Positions 38,527 through 52,147 of a stretch of DNA of 64,000 bases are shown piece by piece (the stretch's first letter is position 1; every line of letters starts with the position of its first letter). The position numbers were made by a program, and so were the translations under genes. The notes under the pieces were generated by a model, which was not told where the DNA came from, did not search any database, and worked only from the letters and a program-made list of their open reading frames with translations. Source of the DNA: Chiloscyllium plagiosum (lineage: Eukaryota); NCBI RefSeq assembly GCF_004010195.1, contig NC_057719.1:33582767-33646766 (forward strand), read 5' to 3'.

Positions 38527-38614
38527 AACCTGCACTCCAAGGTCTCTGTTCAGCAACACTCCCTGGTATACTTCTGATTCCTTTATGTGACATCAGTGTG
38601 CACATATATGGGCC

Positions 38615-38841
38615 GGGCAGAAGTGGGGACTGCAGATGCTGGAGATTACAGTCAAGACTCGAGTGGTGTTGGAGAAGCACAGCAGGTCAGGCAGCATTTG
38701 AGGAGCAGGAAAATCGACTTTTCTGGCAAAAGCCCTTCATCAGGAAGAGCTGATGAAGGGCTTTTGCCTGAAACGTCGATTTTCCTGCTCCTCAGATGCT
38801 GCCTGACCTGCTGTGCTTTTCCAGCATCACTCTCGTCTTGA
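38615..38841. mobile_element. PLE-derived palindromic insert with two divergent hammerhead cores
   Basis: Arms 38652-38743 and 38750-38841, 6-nt spacer; TSD acatatatgggcc (38602-38614) and atatctatgggcc (38841-38853). Confidence 0.88.
38750..38787 (+). ncRNA. Minimal hammerhead ribozyme core
   Basis: CUGAUGA-A-GGGC-UUUU-GCCU-GAAA-C-GUC intact, with the ACGU palindrome; stem I is imperfect. Confidence 0.6.
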
Positions 38842-38937
38842 TATCTATGGGCCAAATTAGCACTTACTTTTTAGTTTGCTATCGTACAAAAAATGTGCTG
38901 GCTGTTAATGAATTATTTTCACCAACCATTTTGAGTA

Positions 38938-39202
38938 AGTGATGGCCTAATAATATTATTGCCAGACTATTGATGGAGAGATCTCAGGAACTGAATTTTA
39001 ATTCTGTCATGGCAGATGGTGGAATTTGAATTCAATAATAATCTGGGAATAAGAATCCAATGATGTCAATTGTCAGGAAAAACCTAATTGGTTCACTGAT
39101 GTCCATCATAGAAGAAATCTGCCATCTTTACCTGGCCAGACCTAGATGTGACCCCGGATCCTGGTCAAGCTAGTGACACCCACATGCCATGAATGAATAA
39201 AA
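38938..39202 (+). mobile_element. Second tRNA-derived SINE family (shares 3' tail with family B LINE)
   Basis: gatggcctaa...gatggtggaatttgaattcaat...atctgccatctttacctggcc...cacatgccatgaatgaat; also at 44980-45200, 48771-49240 and 54430-54700. Confidence 0.65.
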
Positions 39203-42169
39203 TGCAATAACTCTTATAAATTGAATTACATTCAGCTGGACATAGCACCCTGAATACAACATATTTATTTTGTACAGAAACAGAACACAATTACTATGAA
39301 ATTGTCCACCAATTCTGCCTGACCTACTAAGGGTCACCTGACATTTTCTGTCTTTGGTTAAGATCTCCAGCATCCATACTGATTGGATGAAGATTTCTGG
39401 TCTCTCTTGTGGTTGAAGATGCAGATGGTAATTAATTAGATAGGATGGCAGTGTGCCTGAACTCTGCTGCATTCCTGCCTCCACCTGAATTAAGTCATGG
39501 TAACAAGCCTGTGAACAGCCTTCCCACCCCTACCAACTGAGGCTGTTAAATGGCCATTAATAAGCACTTACGTCCTCACCCCACAGTGGCTGGAATTAAC
39601 CTGGTTGAGCCTGTTGGCTATGGTGTGCACAACTGGAAAGGCAGTGTGGTCTGCTTGTAATCGGAGAAATGAGACATCATAAAGGGGTGTGGGAAAGGCC
39701 ACAAAGAGTCACTTCCCTGCCTTTGCTGCTGACCTTCCTAAATTCTTCTAACTGCCTACCTCACAAAATCACTTCCACCATTACTGACCCGTAGCATGAA
39801 CTGCTCCTCAATCCTGGGCCTGCAATGGATGCTGTTCTGGCATCAGCCATGGCCACTGCAGTAGCACTGCCATTCAACACAGCTGCCATTTTCTAAGTGA
39901 TACTTAATACAGAGAGGCCTTCCTGGAGGAACCACAACAGTCATTCACCATCTGTCTAGTTAGCAACTGAGTTCCCAAAGCCTCCACAAACAAGCCCAGA
40001 ATTTCTACCTTGAAGGTTTTTGTTCACAGGCCTCTCCTAATGACATTGACACTTGATATTCCATGCTCTTGTGAACATCAAAAATACTCTGATATTTAAA
40101 CTATGTAGCTATTCCACATGGAATGGCAGGCATCAGCTTTGAGCCAAGTCCTGTTCTGAATTCATACATGTCCATTTTTGTTACTAGTAAACATTGTATA
40201 AAGTGACCAAGAGTATCAAAACTGACTGAACCCTCTCCCTTCCCTGGAACAGGGAGGTTAAAATCTCATCACCTGATCCCACATCAGTCTAAAGCCGAAT
40301 TTAACCCAGCATCTTCTGGACTGAATAGCTAACATTCCTCTGTCCTTAAGCAGTAAGTCACTGGATAACTTGCAAAATTTCTATGTAATCACCTTTTTCA
40401 GATTCAAACACCAAGATTTTGATACAAATTCCTGGTCAACACAAATTCAGCCAATGGGTTTAAACTACCTTCATCATTTGTTAGATCTAAAGGTCCAGAG
40501 TAAAACAGATAATAGTACACTGTAATTACACAGCAGACCCGGTCAGAATCTATAAACAAGAAAAAGAAATTGTGATACTTTGGGTGTCTAACCCTTGATT
40601 AAACTAAATTCGTCAGAATCTTTCATTTTAATTTTCAATCTTCTGAGAAATGGACAGATACATATCCAACGCATCATATAAAGTTTGATTTTGTTTTCCT
40701 TATTGACTTGCTGTGCAGCTTCAGCCTAATTTGTTTACATTTCAGGATCACAGACTTTACCTTTTTGTTGTTTACATCAATGAGTTTAGGTAGTTTCAGT
40801 CTTATGGTTTATTCAAATATAATAGAAATATGCAAAGAGTGCTACAGAAACTATTATTCTAGTGTAGCAACAGAGTTAATTAATTGTTACTTTGCCTCAA
40901 ACTGCACTGAAGCTGACCTGGACTAGATATTGATGGGCTGTGTCCTGTTTTCCAATATTTACAAACTTAATCTTGCCAAGTAAACAAAAACAAACTCTCA
41001 TGCATATGCTCAAATTCATTCAATGTTTTCCACTTCAAGTAAATTTGGCTGAATGTGGATAACAAATGGGTGTACTAACTAGATGTATGAGCAATTTAAT
41101 ACAAAAAATCAACCTTGGGGCCCAATTACATGTGGATCTGTGGGAAATAAAAGGTTGATTGGTCCATTCTCACATTAAACAGAGACTAAAACAGAAACAT
41201 TACACAAGATTCTGCATTGGGGTGGGAGAATGGTGTTTAGGGTAGTTGAGGTGGAACAGAAAGTAAATTGGGTGGATTTGTAAAAAAACGTGCTTGTGAT
41301 AGGGTTAGGGTTAGGGATAGGGTTGCCTATCTGTAACAAACTCTTTTCTACTGGCATCAAAGACAACTTTTGCTCCCTCAACTCTTGAGAGAGACTTTGA
41401 GATAGTCCTGAGGCAAACAAATTGATTTGAGATATTTAATGATTAATCTTGTCTATCTATTACTTTTGGATTTTCTTTTATCTGACTTTTCATTTCAAAG
41501 TTCAACAAAGTTCCAAAATATAATTTGAATTTTTTTTACCAACATCTAGCACATTTACATAGTGCAAATCAATCATAGGACAATTTCAGTTGTTTGTCTT
41601 CTTTATTTGCATTTAATATGCTTATAGAAAATACAGCCACTGCTTTTACAACCATTTGCTTTGCTCTTGAACATATTACTTCAAAGGGAATGTTTACTTC
41701 ATACTCGTGTGGTTAAAACATATTTCACTACAATAGCTTTGGCTATGAGGTGCAGGAGTCAAAATAACTATTTGATTCTGAACGATTGATATGACATAAC
41801 GTTTGATTGGTATGAGATCATTTGTGATGGACTAATTTTCAATAAGACAGAAGAAAGTGAATATTATGAGGGATATGAAGTTGAGGGGACAGAAGAATTC
41901 CCACACTAACATCATAATCCACAAAATAAAACCATTTGTTTATATCCATGTTCTTCAGTATCTAACAAGAGAATTATGTCACATAAATGTAACTTTTAAC
42001 ATTACAAAAGGCTCTGATTGTGGCCCAAAGCGTAACAAGATTAAACAATATCTTAGATAGACAAGAAAACAAGCAGTTAAAGCTCATGTGCCAAAAGTAG
42101 ACATAAATGACAAGGTAGCATTAACATTTTTTGAGATGGATGCATACTGAATCTATCAGCTTCTAACTC

Positions 42170-42960
42170 ACATTTATACAGTTATCACCTCAAGAAATAT
42201 CATAAAATGCTTCACAGAAACATAATCAGCTGAGCCAATGCAGAGATTATACAGAAGCTGGCCCTAAATTTAAGAATAAGAAACGGTTATTAAGGAAACA
42301 TGTGTGAAGAGGGGCAGGTCTTGGATCTTTGGTCACCCAGGCATCAAGTGACAATCATAAGATGAAGAAACAATAAGAGATCAGAGCTGGAGGAATAGAG
42401 AATGCTGATGTCAGAGGTGGCCAGTTTAAGGGCTGGTAAAGGTTACTTAGTTCAGTCAGTACAGGCCATGAAGGAATTTAAACATGAAGTTGAGGATATT
42501 AATATAGAGGTTTTGGGAAAACAGATGCCAATTTAGATCTGCAAGTATATCAACTATAGATGAATAGGACAGCGTGTGAGCAGGAAAGCTTTGGATAACC
42601 AGATATTTACCAAGAATGGTGAATGTGAAATTGTCCAGAATCTCATTGGCCTCATCAAGTTTGCAAGTTACTAACTTACAGATTAAAATGTCAGCACCTG
42701 ATGAGCATATCATGTTAGAGAGACAGGTCTGGGTTATTTTTATGCCTGGAGGAAGATATGGATTTGTTAGCTCCCTAGGAATGAGGAAGCCAAAGTTTCA
42801 AGCAGACGAGTTCAAATTAAAAAAGTACCTAGAGATGGGAAAAGGTAGGCACAGCACATTCAAGGACTTGAGAGGCAAAGAAGTAATACTTGAGGAGAAA
42901 GAAACATTGATAATGTGAATTAACCATCATAGCTAAGAGTAGGTCAAGAGAGCAGGAAGT
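42170..42960 (-). mobile_element. Ancient L2-like LINE remnant
   Basis: aggccatgaaggaatttaaacatgaagttgaggatatt and purine-rich context resemble antisense L2 3' regions. Confidence 0.4.
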
Positions 42961-43354
42961 GCGTGGACAAATGATCTTAGAGCAGTAATTTCCTTCCTCC
43001 ACCTGGGGTACATAGTGACACTAGTGTGCTTCATCAACAAAAATGCTTTAATAATTCACCAAGGCTGCTCCAAAAGCACTTTCTAAACTCACATCTGCCT
43101 AAGCAAAGAGGACAGCAGGCACATGGGAACACTACCACCTGCAAGTTTCCCTCCAAGTGATGTATCATCCTGACTAGGAATTATATTATAATTCCTTCAC
43201 AGTGGCTCGATCCATTGTGGCAGTGCTTCCCTAAGAGCATTGCAAAAGCACCTTCACCCCATTGACTGCATTAACTCACATCAATTTCTCCCAAGCAAAT
43301 TGAATGGACAATGAATGCTGACTCAGCACTGCCCATATCCCATGAATGCAGAAG

Positions 43355-43857
43355 CATAGAATCATAGTCAGAGAGATGTACATCATGGAAACAAACCCTT
43401 TGGTCCAATTCGTCCAAGCTGACCAGACATCCTAAATTAATCTAGTCTCATTTGCCAGCAGTTGGCCTGTATCGCTTTAAACCCTTCCTATTCATGTACC
43501 CATCCAGATGCCTTTTGCATGTTGTTATTGTACCAGCCTCCACCACTTCCTCTGGCAGTTCATTCCATACACTTAGCACCCTCTGTGTGAAAAAGTTGTC
43601 CCTTATGTCCCTTTTAAATCATTCCCCTCTCACCTTAAACCTACAACCTCTAGTTTTGGACTCCCCTACACTGTGTAAAGGACCTTGCCTATTCACCCGA
43701 CCCATGCCCCTCATGATCTTATAAACCTTTATAAGGTCAGCCCTCAACTATCGACACTCCAGGGAAAATAGTCCTAGCCTATTCAGCCTCCCACTATGGC
43801 TTAAACCCTCCAACCATGGCAACATTCTTGTAATTCTTTTCTGAACACTTTCAAGTT
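43355..43857 (-). mobile_element. CR1 (HER1-like) 3' end
   Basis: catagaatcatagtc tail; 3' UTR and ORF2 end collinear with 10374-11170. Confidence 0.9.
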
Positions 43858-45689
43858 CTGTGCTAAGACAGAGAAAGCAGAGGGAGAGACCTGACTAGGA
43901 TTGTTAAGTACAAGAGAGAATTCGCAGCTGAATACATCTTTTCTGCCTCAGTGAAAAGCTAATTCTAAAAGAAATTGGAAAATTAGTTCAATTCCATCAT
44001 GCCTTCTTGTTTTTGGTGTGCTAATAGGTAAAGAAATTCATATTTATGCTAAGAATAAACAGCATAAGACAATAAGAATGAGTTGGAGTAAGACATTTGA
44101 CTGTTTGAACTTGCTACACTATTCAGCAGGTTCATGGTTGATTCTTTATTTCAATTCCAAATTCTCACATTATGATAAAATTATATCAAGCTCTGTCTTG
44201 AATATATTTAATAATTGACTATCCATAGATCTATGCAGTAGAATAAGAACACAATAAAATATTCAAGGACTACAAAGATGTAAGATTTTCAAAATTGTGT
44301 TTTGTCTCTAGATAAGACAGAGTGTAGCAAATTCATATTTACATAAATATTTTAAACATTCCTCTGGAATAAGTTTTGTCACTGAGCTGACCCTGTACCC
44401 TATTTATCATAAATAATGTCTGCTTAGACTTCTAATTCCTGTCTTTGTTTGTTACTTAGTCTATTTGCCAATAACAATTCACATATTTTCATACAAACAA
44501 ATGTACATGGGATTATATCTCTTCACTACATTAATCATACAAATACACATGGTGATGTCAGATCTGACCTTTCACAAGCTGAAATTAACAGAAATAACAT
44601 TTACATGCCAATATGGAAATGTATTAATGAAATTGATTTGAACTGGGCTTTATAAACAGCATTGGGGTCAGGATCTGGTGTGGGCAGACGTTGGTAATCA
44701 TGGCTCAAAGAATGCAGCATGATCTGCTGTCTCCTGAACAGTTGGAATTTTCAAAAGGCAGGACAGGTACAGGGTGTGGGAAATATACTTGGAGACAATT
44801 CATGGCCTATTCAGCATACTGACAAACTTATTTCGGGATCTGTTTGTTCACAAATGCAACTTTAATTATTTTTTTTTCAATGAACAGTCACGCACATGTC
44901 AGTGTCCAGTTGTCAGGCTTGATGCAAAATAAATTTGTTATTTTTGAAACTTTTGCGTAGAGCAAGCTCACATCACCTGGTGGGGTAGTGGTAATATCAG
45001 TGGGTGAATTATCCAGAGGCCCAGGCTAATTCTCTAGTAATGTGAGTTCAAATCGCACCTGATGTCTGGTATAATTTAAATTCAAGTAATAGACCTGGAA
45101 CAGAAAGGCTGACCATTAGTAATGGTGGCCATGACAACAACAATTGATTGTTGGTTATAAAAACCCTCTGGATCACTAACTACCTTTACAAAAGCAACTT
45201 TCCCATCTTAATAACTTATTAGACTTGAAGTATAAGAGCAAAATGTCTCAAAGATTGACACCAGCCTCCTGAGAGCCTTAAATTCTGCCCTATTACATAC
45301 TGAGTACAGCTTAGTTCCAGTCTTATCTTGTGTATGACAAACTGTTAGCATGGGCCTGACTAGGATTGAGAGAATGCAGCTGTTGGGTAAGAAAATCTAA
45401 ATTTAGATTTAGATCTAATTTTATATTTTAAAATTTTGTTTATAGCTTAGCATTGGCATTAGATTGAAACTAACAGTCTAAATTCAGTAGTTGCCAGCCT
45501 TTAGCAGGGTTTAATTCAGTGAAAGTGCAGCTTAATGAGAAAGTTGATCTCCCATCAAGTAAGCTAGGCAGCCCTTTTGTGTTAGGAACATATAAAGCTA
45601 GCCAACCTAGTATAACTTAGTATTTGAGTAAAAACTACAATAGAATGCTGGAGGTAAGTAGAGGAAAGGGAAGTGGCCGAATAAAATGA

Positions 45690-46600
45690 TAGCATTCTAC
45701 AGCTTTGAAAAAGACCTTCTGCCCATCATGTCAGCACTAGTCATCAAGCACCTATTTATTCTAGTCCTATATTCCACTTGGCCTGTAGCCTTATATGCCA
45801 TAGCATTTCAAGTGTACATCTGAATACTTCTTAAATGGTCTGATGGTTCCTGCCTCTGCCAACCTTTCAGAAAATGAGTTCCAGATTCCCACCACCCTGT
45901 GAGAGGGGGAAAAGTTCTTCCATAAATCACCTCTTAAGCTGCTTCGCCTTACTTTAACTTGAATCATAGGGTTATAGAGTCAAAGGTTCAGAAACAGACC
46001 CTTTGGTCCAACCAGTCCATGCCAACCATAATCCCAAACGAACCTAGTCCTACCTGCTTGCATTTGGCCCATATCCCTCCAAACATTTCCGATTTATGTA
46101 CTAAGCTAAATGTCTTTTAAATGTTGTAACGGTACCCGCATCCATTACTTCCTCAGGAGGTTTATTCCAAACACGAACCACTCTCCGTGTAAAAAAATTG
46201 CCACTCACGTCTTTTTAAAATCTTTCTCCTCTCATCTTAAATGTATGACCCCTAGTCTTGAAATCCCCCTTCCTAGGGAAAAGACACCTGCCATTCCCCT
46301 CATCTGTACCCATCATTATTTTATAAACCACTATAAGGTCACTTCTCAACCTCCTAAATTTCAGTGAAAAAGGTTCCAGCATATCCAGCATCTCCTTGCA
46401 ACTCAAACATAAAATCTATGCCCTCTGGTTATTGATCCCTCAACTAAGGAAAAAACGTTCCTTCTTGTCCAAACTATCAATGTACTTCATAATTTTCTGC
46501 ACTTTCTCAGGTCCCTGAGCCTTCAACCTAAGAAAATCCTGGTGAATCAACTCTACACCCTCTCAAGTATAATGAAATCATTCTTACAGTGAAAGAATAA
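45690..46600 (-). mobile_element. Old CR1 3' end with a second CR1 subfamily nested at ~45961-46408
   Basis: Host sequence breaks at ccttactttaa and resumes aaatctatgccctctgg; insert encodes RRLRSDLIVVYKIMMG...KTRGH. Confidence 0.75.
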
Positions 46601-48114
46601 ATTTTAAAATGAATGAGCTCTGGTCTTTAGTTTGCAGTGCAAAGCCATTGAACATCTTATTCCATCTCTTTGGCCTTACAAGGAGTTGCTGTTCCAATCA
46701 GCATGGCAGCAGCAGCTATCCCCAACATAGTTGCTGCTTGTAGGTGGCATTGCTACCAGGTAAGCAAGCTTTCTTGGATGTGCTCAGCAACCATTCCTGA
46801 GTGCCAATCCACCTCCAGACCAAGTAGACCGTTTACATTTAAAGTTTGCAGTGCTTGAGCAGTGTTGGGAACAATTTTGGGACCGGAAATTCATCTGGAT
46901 GTCAAGTTGCTGACACTGTTCTGAAAATCCAGAGTCAATTTCAAATTGACCCCAGAAATTACAGATCATTTAGATAGCAATTTTTGATCTGATAATTAAA
47001 AATGTTCTAATGAATTTATTTGGTTGCTGAAAACAAAATTGAAACAAGATGGAACTCTTCTACAGTTCATGGTCTGAACTTAATGTTGTAGAACATCTTG
47101 ATCACTCTACAAGTTATCTCATCCTCTTTTTAAAAACACAGTGGAGTTTAGTGAATGACCTAACTCCATTCAACACATAAATCAGATGGCATCAGTGAAC
47201 ATTCAAAGTTTCTCTGATCATTTACACATCAAGCTTTTTGATTTTGAGTGCTTCCTCACAAACCAAAGCTGCAGTATCCATTTTAATGCCAACTGAAATT
47301 ATCATTTTTTTAGCCTTAGAGTCAAACATTAATTTGTGAACTGATCTGAGATGTTCAACTTATTTCTGGAGCCAAGTTCTACTCAATATGCTATAGGGCA
47401 GAGTTCAAGGTTCTCAGGAGGTTGGTATCAATCACAGAAAGATATCTTGCCTGTATTTGAAATCTAACAAGCTGTTAAGAGAGTTTGAGATTGATCTTGA
47501 AAATATCAAATCATTTTTGTTGGTGACGTGGGAGGGAATGTCTCTGCCATTGTCTCAGCTTGCCTTCCATTTCTATAATCTTTGCTTAGTTTTCATAGTC
47601 TCCACTATGGTATTCACATTCACCAGGCTATATAAATACACCCAATGGATTTTTCAATAGTTCTCAATCATGAGCATAATCAAATATTCATGAAATCCAA
47701 ATTCATTTTGCTTAAGATCTACACAAGACTCATGAGTTCTATAGCTTTATCACCAGAAGCAGTCTTTTCTCCTTGTTTAGATTTTAATCTATAAATATGA
47801 GTTGAAACATTTGGTTTCTACATCCCATGCTGTGCAATTGAGCTTTCTTTTTCTAATAGAGCCATTATCCTGGTTCTGAGATTTTGCATACTGAGAGCTC
47901 AAGAGTTTGATATTGCTCAAAGAACATTTTGTTTGAACTCACCATGATGCACTGTGGGCTATTATCATATTACCTCAGAACATTCAATTCCAACACATGC
48001 CGCTCTTAACATGCCATGTTTTCCATCTGCTGCGCATCAACTTTTTGTCTGCATGAGTTTCTTTCTGGTCTATTAGGCAATTCCAGAAAATTGATTATCT
48101 TTGCAGAGTGTTTT

Positions 48115-48412
48115 GGTTGGTATGTTGGCTCAGTGCTTAGCACTGCTGCCTCACAGCACCAGGTTTGATTTGAATTCTGGGCGACCATTTGTGCATTCTC
48201 CCTGTTTCTGCCAGGTTCTCTGATTTCCTCCCATAGTCCAAAGATGTTCAGGTTAGGTGGATTGGCCATGCTAAATTGCCCTGTACTGTCCAAGGACATG
48301 CAGGCTAGTTGGATTAGCCATGGTGATTGAGGTAGGTCTGGGTGGGATGGTCTTCAGAGTGTTGGTGCAACTTGATGGGCCAAATGTCCAATATCTACAC
48401 TATAGGAATTCT
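48115..48412 (+). mobile_element. HE1-type SINE, decayed
   Basis: ggctcagtgcttagcactgctgcctcacagc head; ggttaggtggattggccatgctaaattgccc body. Confidence 0.85.
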
Positions 48413-48818
48413 GGTCCATTCTGACTGTAACGATTTCATAGCTGACTAATCAATTTGTTCATAGCTATACAGTATATGATGTATCCTCACTAAGTCAGTT
48501 CTCTGTTTTCTGGCACAGTTTATGCTTCAATGTAGTTTCCAGTCAAGCAACATAGACTCCAGCCTGGAGTGTGTGGTATTTCCAGAGGGCAGAGTACTAC
48601 AGGTGCCAAGTGAGCAACTACCAACTGAGTGGTCATTTAAAAGCTAAAAAGTAATTCTGATTCTTTTCTTACAATTTGTTTTGTGAAAACTACATTTAAA
48701 CTTAAATCTATCAGTTCTTAATTCACATCAGCACTTTTATTTGTGACTAGTTGTTTTCAAGATCTATTATGGGGAGGCAATGGCCGAGGGTGTTATCACT
48801 AGGCTATTGATCCAGAAA

Positions 48819-49008
48819 GGAAAAAGTGAGGACTGCAGACGCTGGAGATCAGAGCTGAAAAATGTGTTGCTGGAAAAGTGCAGCAGGTCAGGCAGCATCC
48901 AAGGAGCAGGAGAATCGACGTTTCCGGCATAAGCCCTTCTTCAGGAATTTCTCGTGCTCCTTGGATGTTGCCTGACCTGCTGCGCTTTTCCAGCAACACA
49001 TTTTTCAG
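48819..49008. mobile_element. PLE-derived fold-back insert with hammerhead core and 14-bp TSD, nested in a SINE
   Basis: Minus-strand CTGAAGA-A-GGGC-TTAT-GCCG-GAAA-C-GTC (48917-48944); tattgatccagaaa (48805-48818) and tattaatccagaaa (49009-49022). Confidence 0.88.
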
Positions 49009-49974
49009 TATTAATCCAGAAACTCAGCTAATGGCTGAAGGTGGAATTTGAATTCATTAAAGACTCTGGAATTAAGAGTCTCATTAATGATGACCATGAA
49101 ACCATTGTTTTTGATTAACAACCTTCCAGGAAGGAACTCTGTCATCTTTACCTGGTCTGGCCTACATGTGAATCCAGCCTCACAGTAAGGTAGTGGATGC
49201 TTAATTGTCCTCTGGGCAATTAGCGACAGGAAATAAATCTTACCTTAAACTTGAAATGCTGTGTTAGATTTGAAATTCAGGAGTAAAATGCCTTAGCAAT
49301 TGACACCAGTGTGATGAGAGCGCTGTATCCTATCAGAATGACAGAGTAGACATGATGGGTTGAATGGCCTTACTCTGCTCCTAACTCTTATGAACTTATC
49401 CGTTCATAACACTGCCCAATTATTTTCCCCAAAAATGTGTGGACCTAGTTTAATTCATTCCATTCTAAATAAAAGAGCATGGTGTCAGGGTAACTGTCAT
49501 TTTGGACATTCAAAATGTTTCACCTGAACTTATCAGTGTGTAGTTTATGGATTTACAAAAATACAAACTTTTTTTTCAAAAAAAGTAATAGATCTTTTAC
49601 AAATATAGGCATATATATGTGTAATATAATATATATATTTACACACACAAGCACACACACACTCACCTATGTATCACCACATGTAGATTGTTATAGTTAA
49701 AAAGGGATGAGCTGTGTTATCGTAGTGGGCCGGATTTTCCGAGAGATGGAAATCTTATGCAGATTGTTACTCCAGCTCCTCCATGTTATGAAGGAAGAGA
49801 GCTCTGCATTTCTGAATGGAGATTCTATTCAGGGCTCCCTCGCAGTGTAGAATTGCCATCATCTTTTCTCAACAGTCAACTCTGTAAGCTGAAATTTAAA
49901 TATCCATACAGCTATTCTGACAGCTGCTGTCAAACTGTAAGTAACTAAATTTTGTGTGATGTAAAGATGCTGGG

Positions 49975-50440
49975 AAGCTAGGTGCCAGACAACTAAGTGG
50001 ATAGTCTGCCAGAGGGGTAGAGTGCCAGTTGGGAAGTATGTTAGCCGTGGAGGAGCAGAGTGCCAGATGGATGGGGGTGGGGTGCCAGATTAGTGGAGTG
50101 CTAGCTGGGTAGGGTGCCAATCAAGTACAATGTCAGCTGGCTAGAGTACCAGTTGAAGAGGGGATACAGAGCCAGGTAAGCAGGGTATCTGATGGTGACA
50201 GTGCCAGGCTCCAACTAAATAGGGTGCCAACTGAGTAAGGTGTAAGCTAGAAACAGGGTAAGGTAGCAGAGATAAGTAGCCAGATGAGTAGTGGGGTGAA
50301 GGATGTCAGATAAGTAGTGGGATAGATTAATATGGGATATAATACTAGGTAAGTTGAGTGACACCAGCTTGTTAGGGTGTCAGGTATCTGGAGCATGATA
50401 CCAAGTGGGAAAGGGTTAAGATGCCAAGTGGGTTGGGAGT
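49975..50440 (+). repeat. Degenerate G-rich minisatellite-like tract
   Basis: Core (g/a)gtgccag and variants recur every ~15-25 bp. Confidence 0.55.
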
Positions 50441-50967
50441 CAGCATACAAAATGGCAAGGTAAATAATGCAGTGTTTAGGGTAAGTCTATGTGGGTGGGA
50501 AAATCAAGTCCAGCAGGAAGAGAGGATGGTATACTTCTTTCAGTTCCGACATGGAGAGCAGGGGGATGGTCAGGCCATGTCAAGTCCATGGAAGGGGACA
50601 GGGATCAGCGGCAGTTCAGGTCCAGTTGTGGGAGAGAGGAGTGACATGTCCTGGGAGGGTCAGGGGGTGTAAGTGATCTAGGGGAGATGTAGTTGTGAAC
50701 ATGTGAGCTAAGTTTGGCATTAGTTGAATAGTTATTCATGAGTTGTCTATGTATTTAATAGTTTAACATTTTCTGAGTAATTATGTACTTAAATTATTTG
50801 GAATCCTCCAAAGTCTTTGATTTAAATGTAATCTTTCAAAGACTTCCTGGCAAAGAAGAAATGCCCAGCAGAAAATTCAATTTCTGAGACAATTCCTTCA
50901 GTGTGTGCTATGACGGGGATTCCTACACTTCCAGAGCCAAAAACCAAAAAAAAAACCTAATGCGTCA

Positions 50968-51099
50968 CAAACTGAAGAACTGTGGAAGCTGGAAGTCAGA
51001 TTCAAAAACAGAAATTGCTGGAAAAACTCAGCAGGTCTGGCAGCATCTGTGGAGAGAAAGCAGAATTAAGGTTTTGGATCCAGTCACCCTTCTTCAGAA
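50968..51099 (-). mobile_element. PLE-derived short repeat with decayed hammerhead core
   Basis: Minus-strand CTGAAGA-A-GGGT-gactgg-ATCC-AAAA-CCTT followed by acagatgctgccagacctgctgag. Confidence 0.75.
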
Positions 51100-52147
51100 T
51101 GAAGGAATGAAGATTTGTATCCAAATTTCTTATTCAAATTTCCAAAAACCCTGTACACGTGAAAAAGAAAGCAAGAGAACAAGACAGTTGCCTCAAAGGT
51201 CTAAAGCCTTGCTTTGAGGAAATGAAGTTTTCTACCCTACGCCTTCTAACCTCTATTTACATTTTTACATTGCAATATGAAGCATTGGACCATAATAAAA
51301 GTATGATGAATTAACAAGGTATCTGTTCAATTCTCTTTCCTTCTCTCTTAAAAGGAGTGTGTTCTGGAACATGTTGTTATAGCCATCTACCTTGACCAGT
51401 CCACCAATAGCAGACTATGTGACCATGTCAGGCGTTAAAGTCAAGCTTTAACACGAGAAGCTTTCAGCCTGAAGATACCGAGCAACAGTCATGAGTGGAA
51501 TACAAATTGATTTTTTTCATCCCTCTTTCCTTTGGGATGCCGAAGCTAACAGGAGTACAGTATGAAGACTATTTGCTGCTATGTAGCTGCGGGGCAGCTG
51601 AATCCATTAATGCCATCATCTTATCTTCCTGGCAGTGAATGCCAATGGAAGGCCCTGTAACTGCAGCTGGACCTATAAATATCACGTGCCTTAGGTCCAC
51701 AAGGCAATACTGCCACCCCTGTGTGAAAGAATTATTTTCAAGCATCACAATTTACATTCAGCAGCATGAGAATAATTACAGGGCTGGGCATAGATAATAG
51801 AGCAATGTACAGAGTGAATCATAGGTTTCTAACCGCCATTGCAACAGAGTTGTCACGTCATTCCCTGCCATCTGACATTTCTTGTCACTTGGACTACCTT
51901 CATTATAAAACATGCAGGTTTTTTTTAATGCAATCAGTAGATATTAACTATCCACTCTCTACAAAAGATATATCAAGAAATTCAAATGAAACAACTGCTA
52001 AATTTAAAATTTCCAGAGCAATCAGCAATTTTTCAGGGACTAAAAGGTTTATGTAGGACATAAAAGATAAAAGCATCTTGGTCATGTGCAACACTGTGAT
52101 CAGCGTCAGAGCTATCAACCCTCATTCATTTGAGTTTGACAATGTAC

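Noticed and set aside
37940..38680. 189-246 aa ORFs
   Set aside because: They span the second 500-N gap
41299..41324. Interstitial telomeric (TTAGGG)n
   Set aside because: Only about four imperfect units; too short to interpret
49975..50440. CRISPR-like repeat-spacer array
   Set aside because: Repeats are short and degenerate, spacing is irregular, there are no cas genes, and the context is vertebrate
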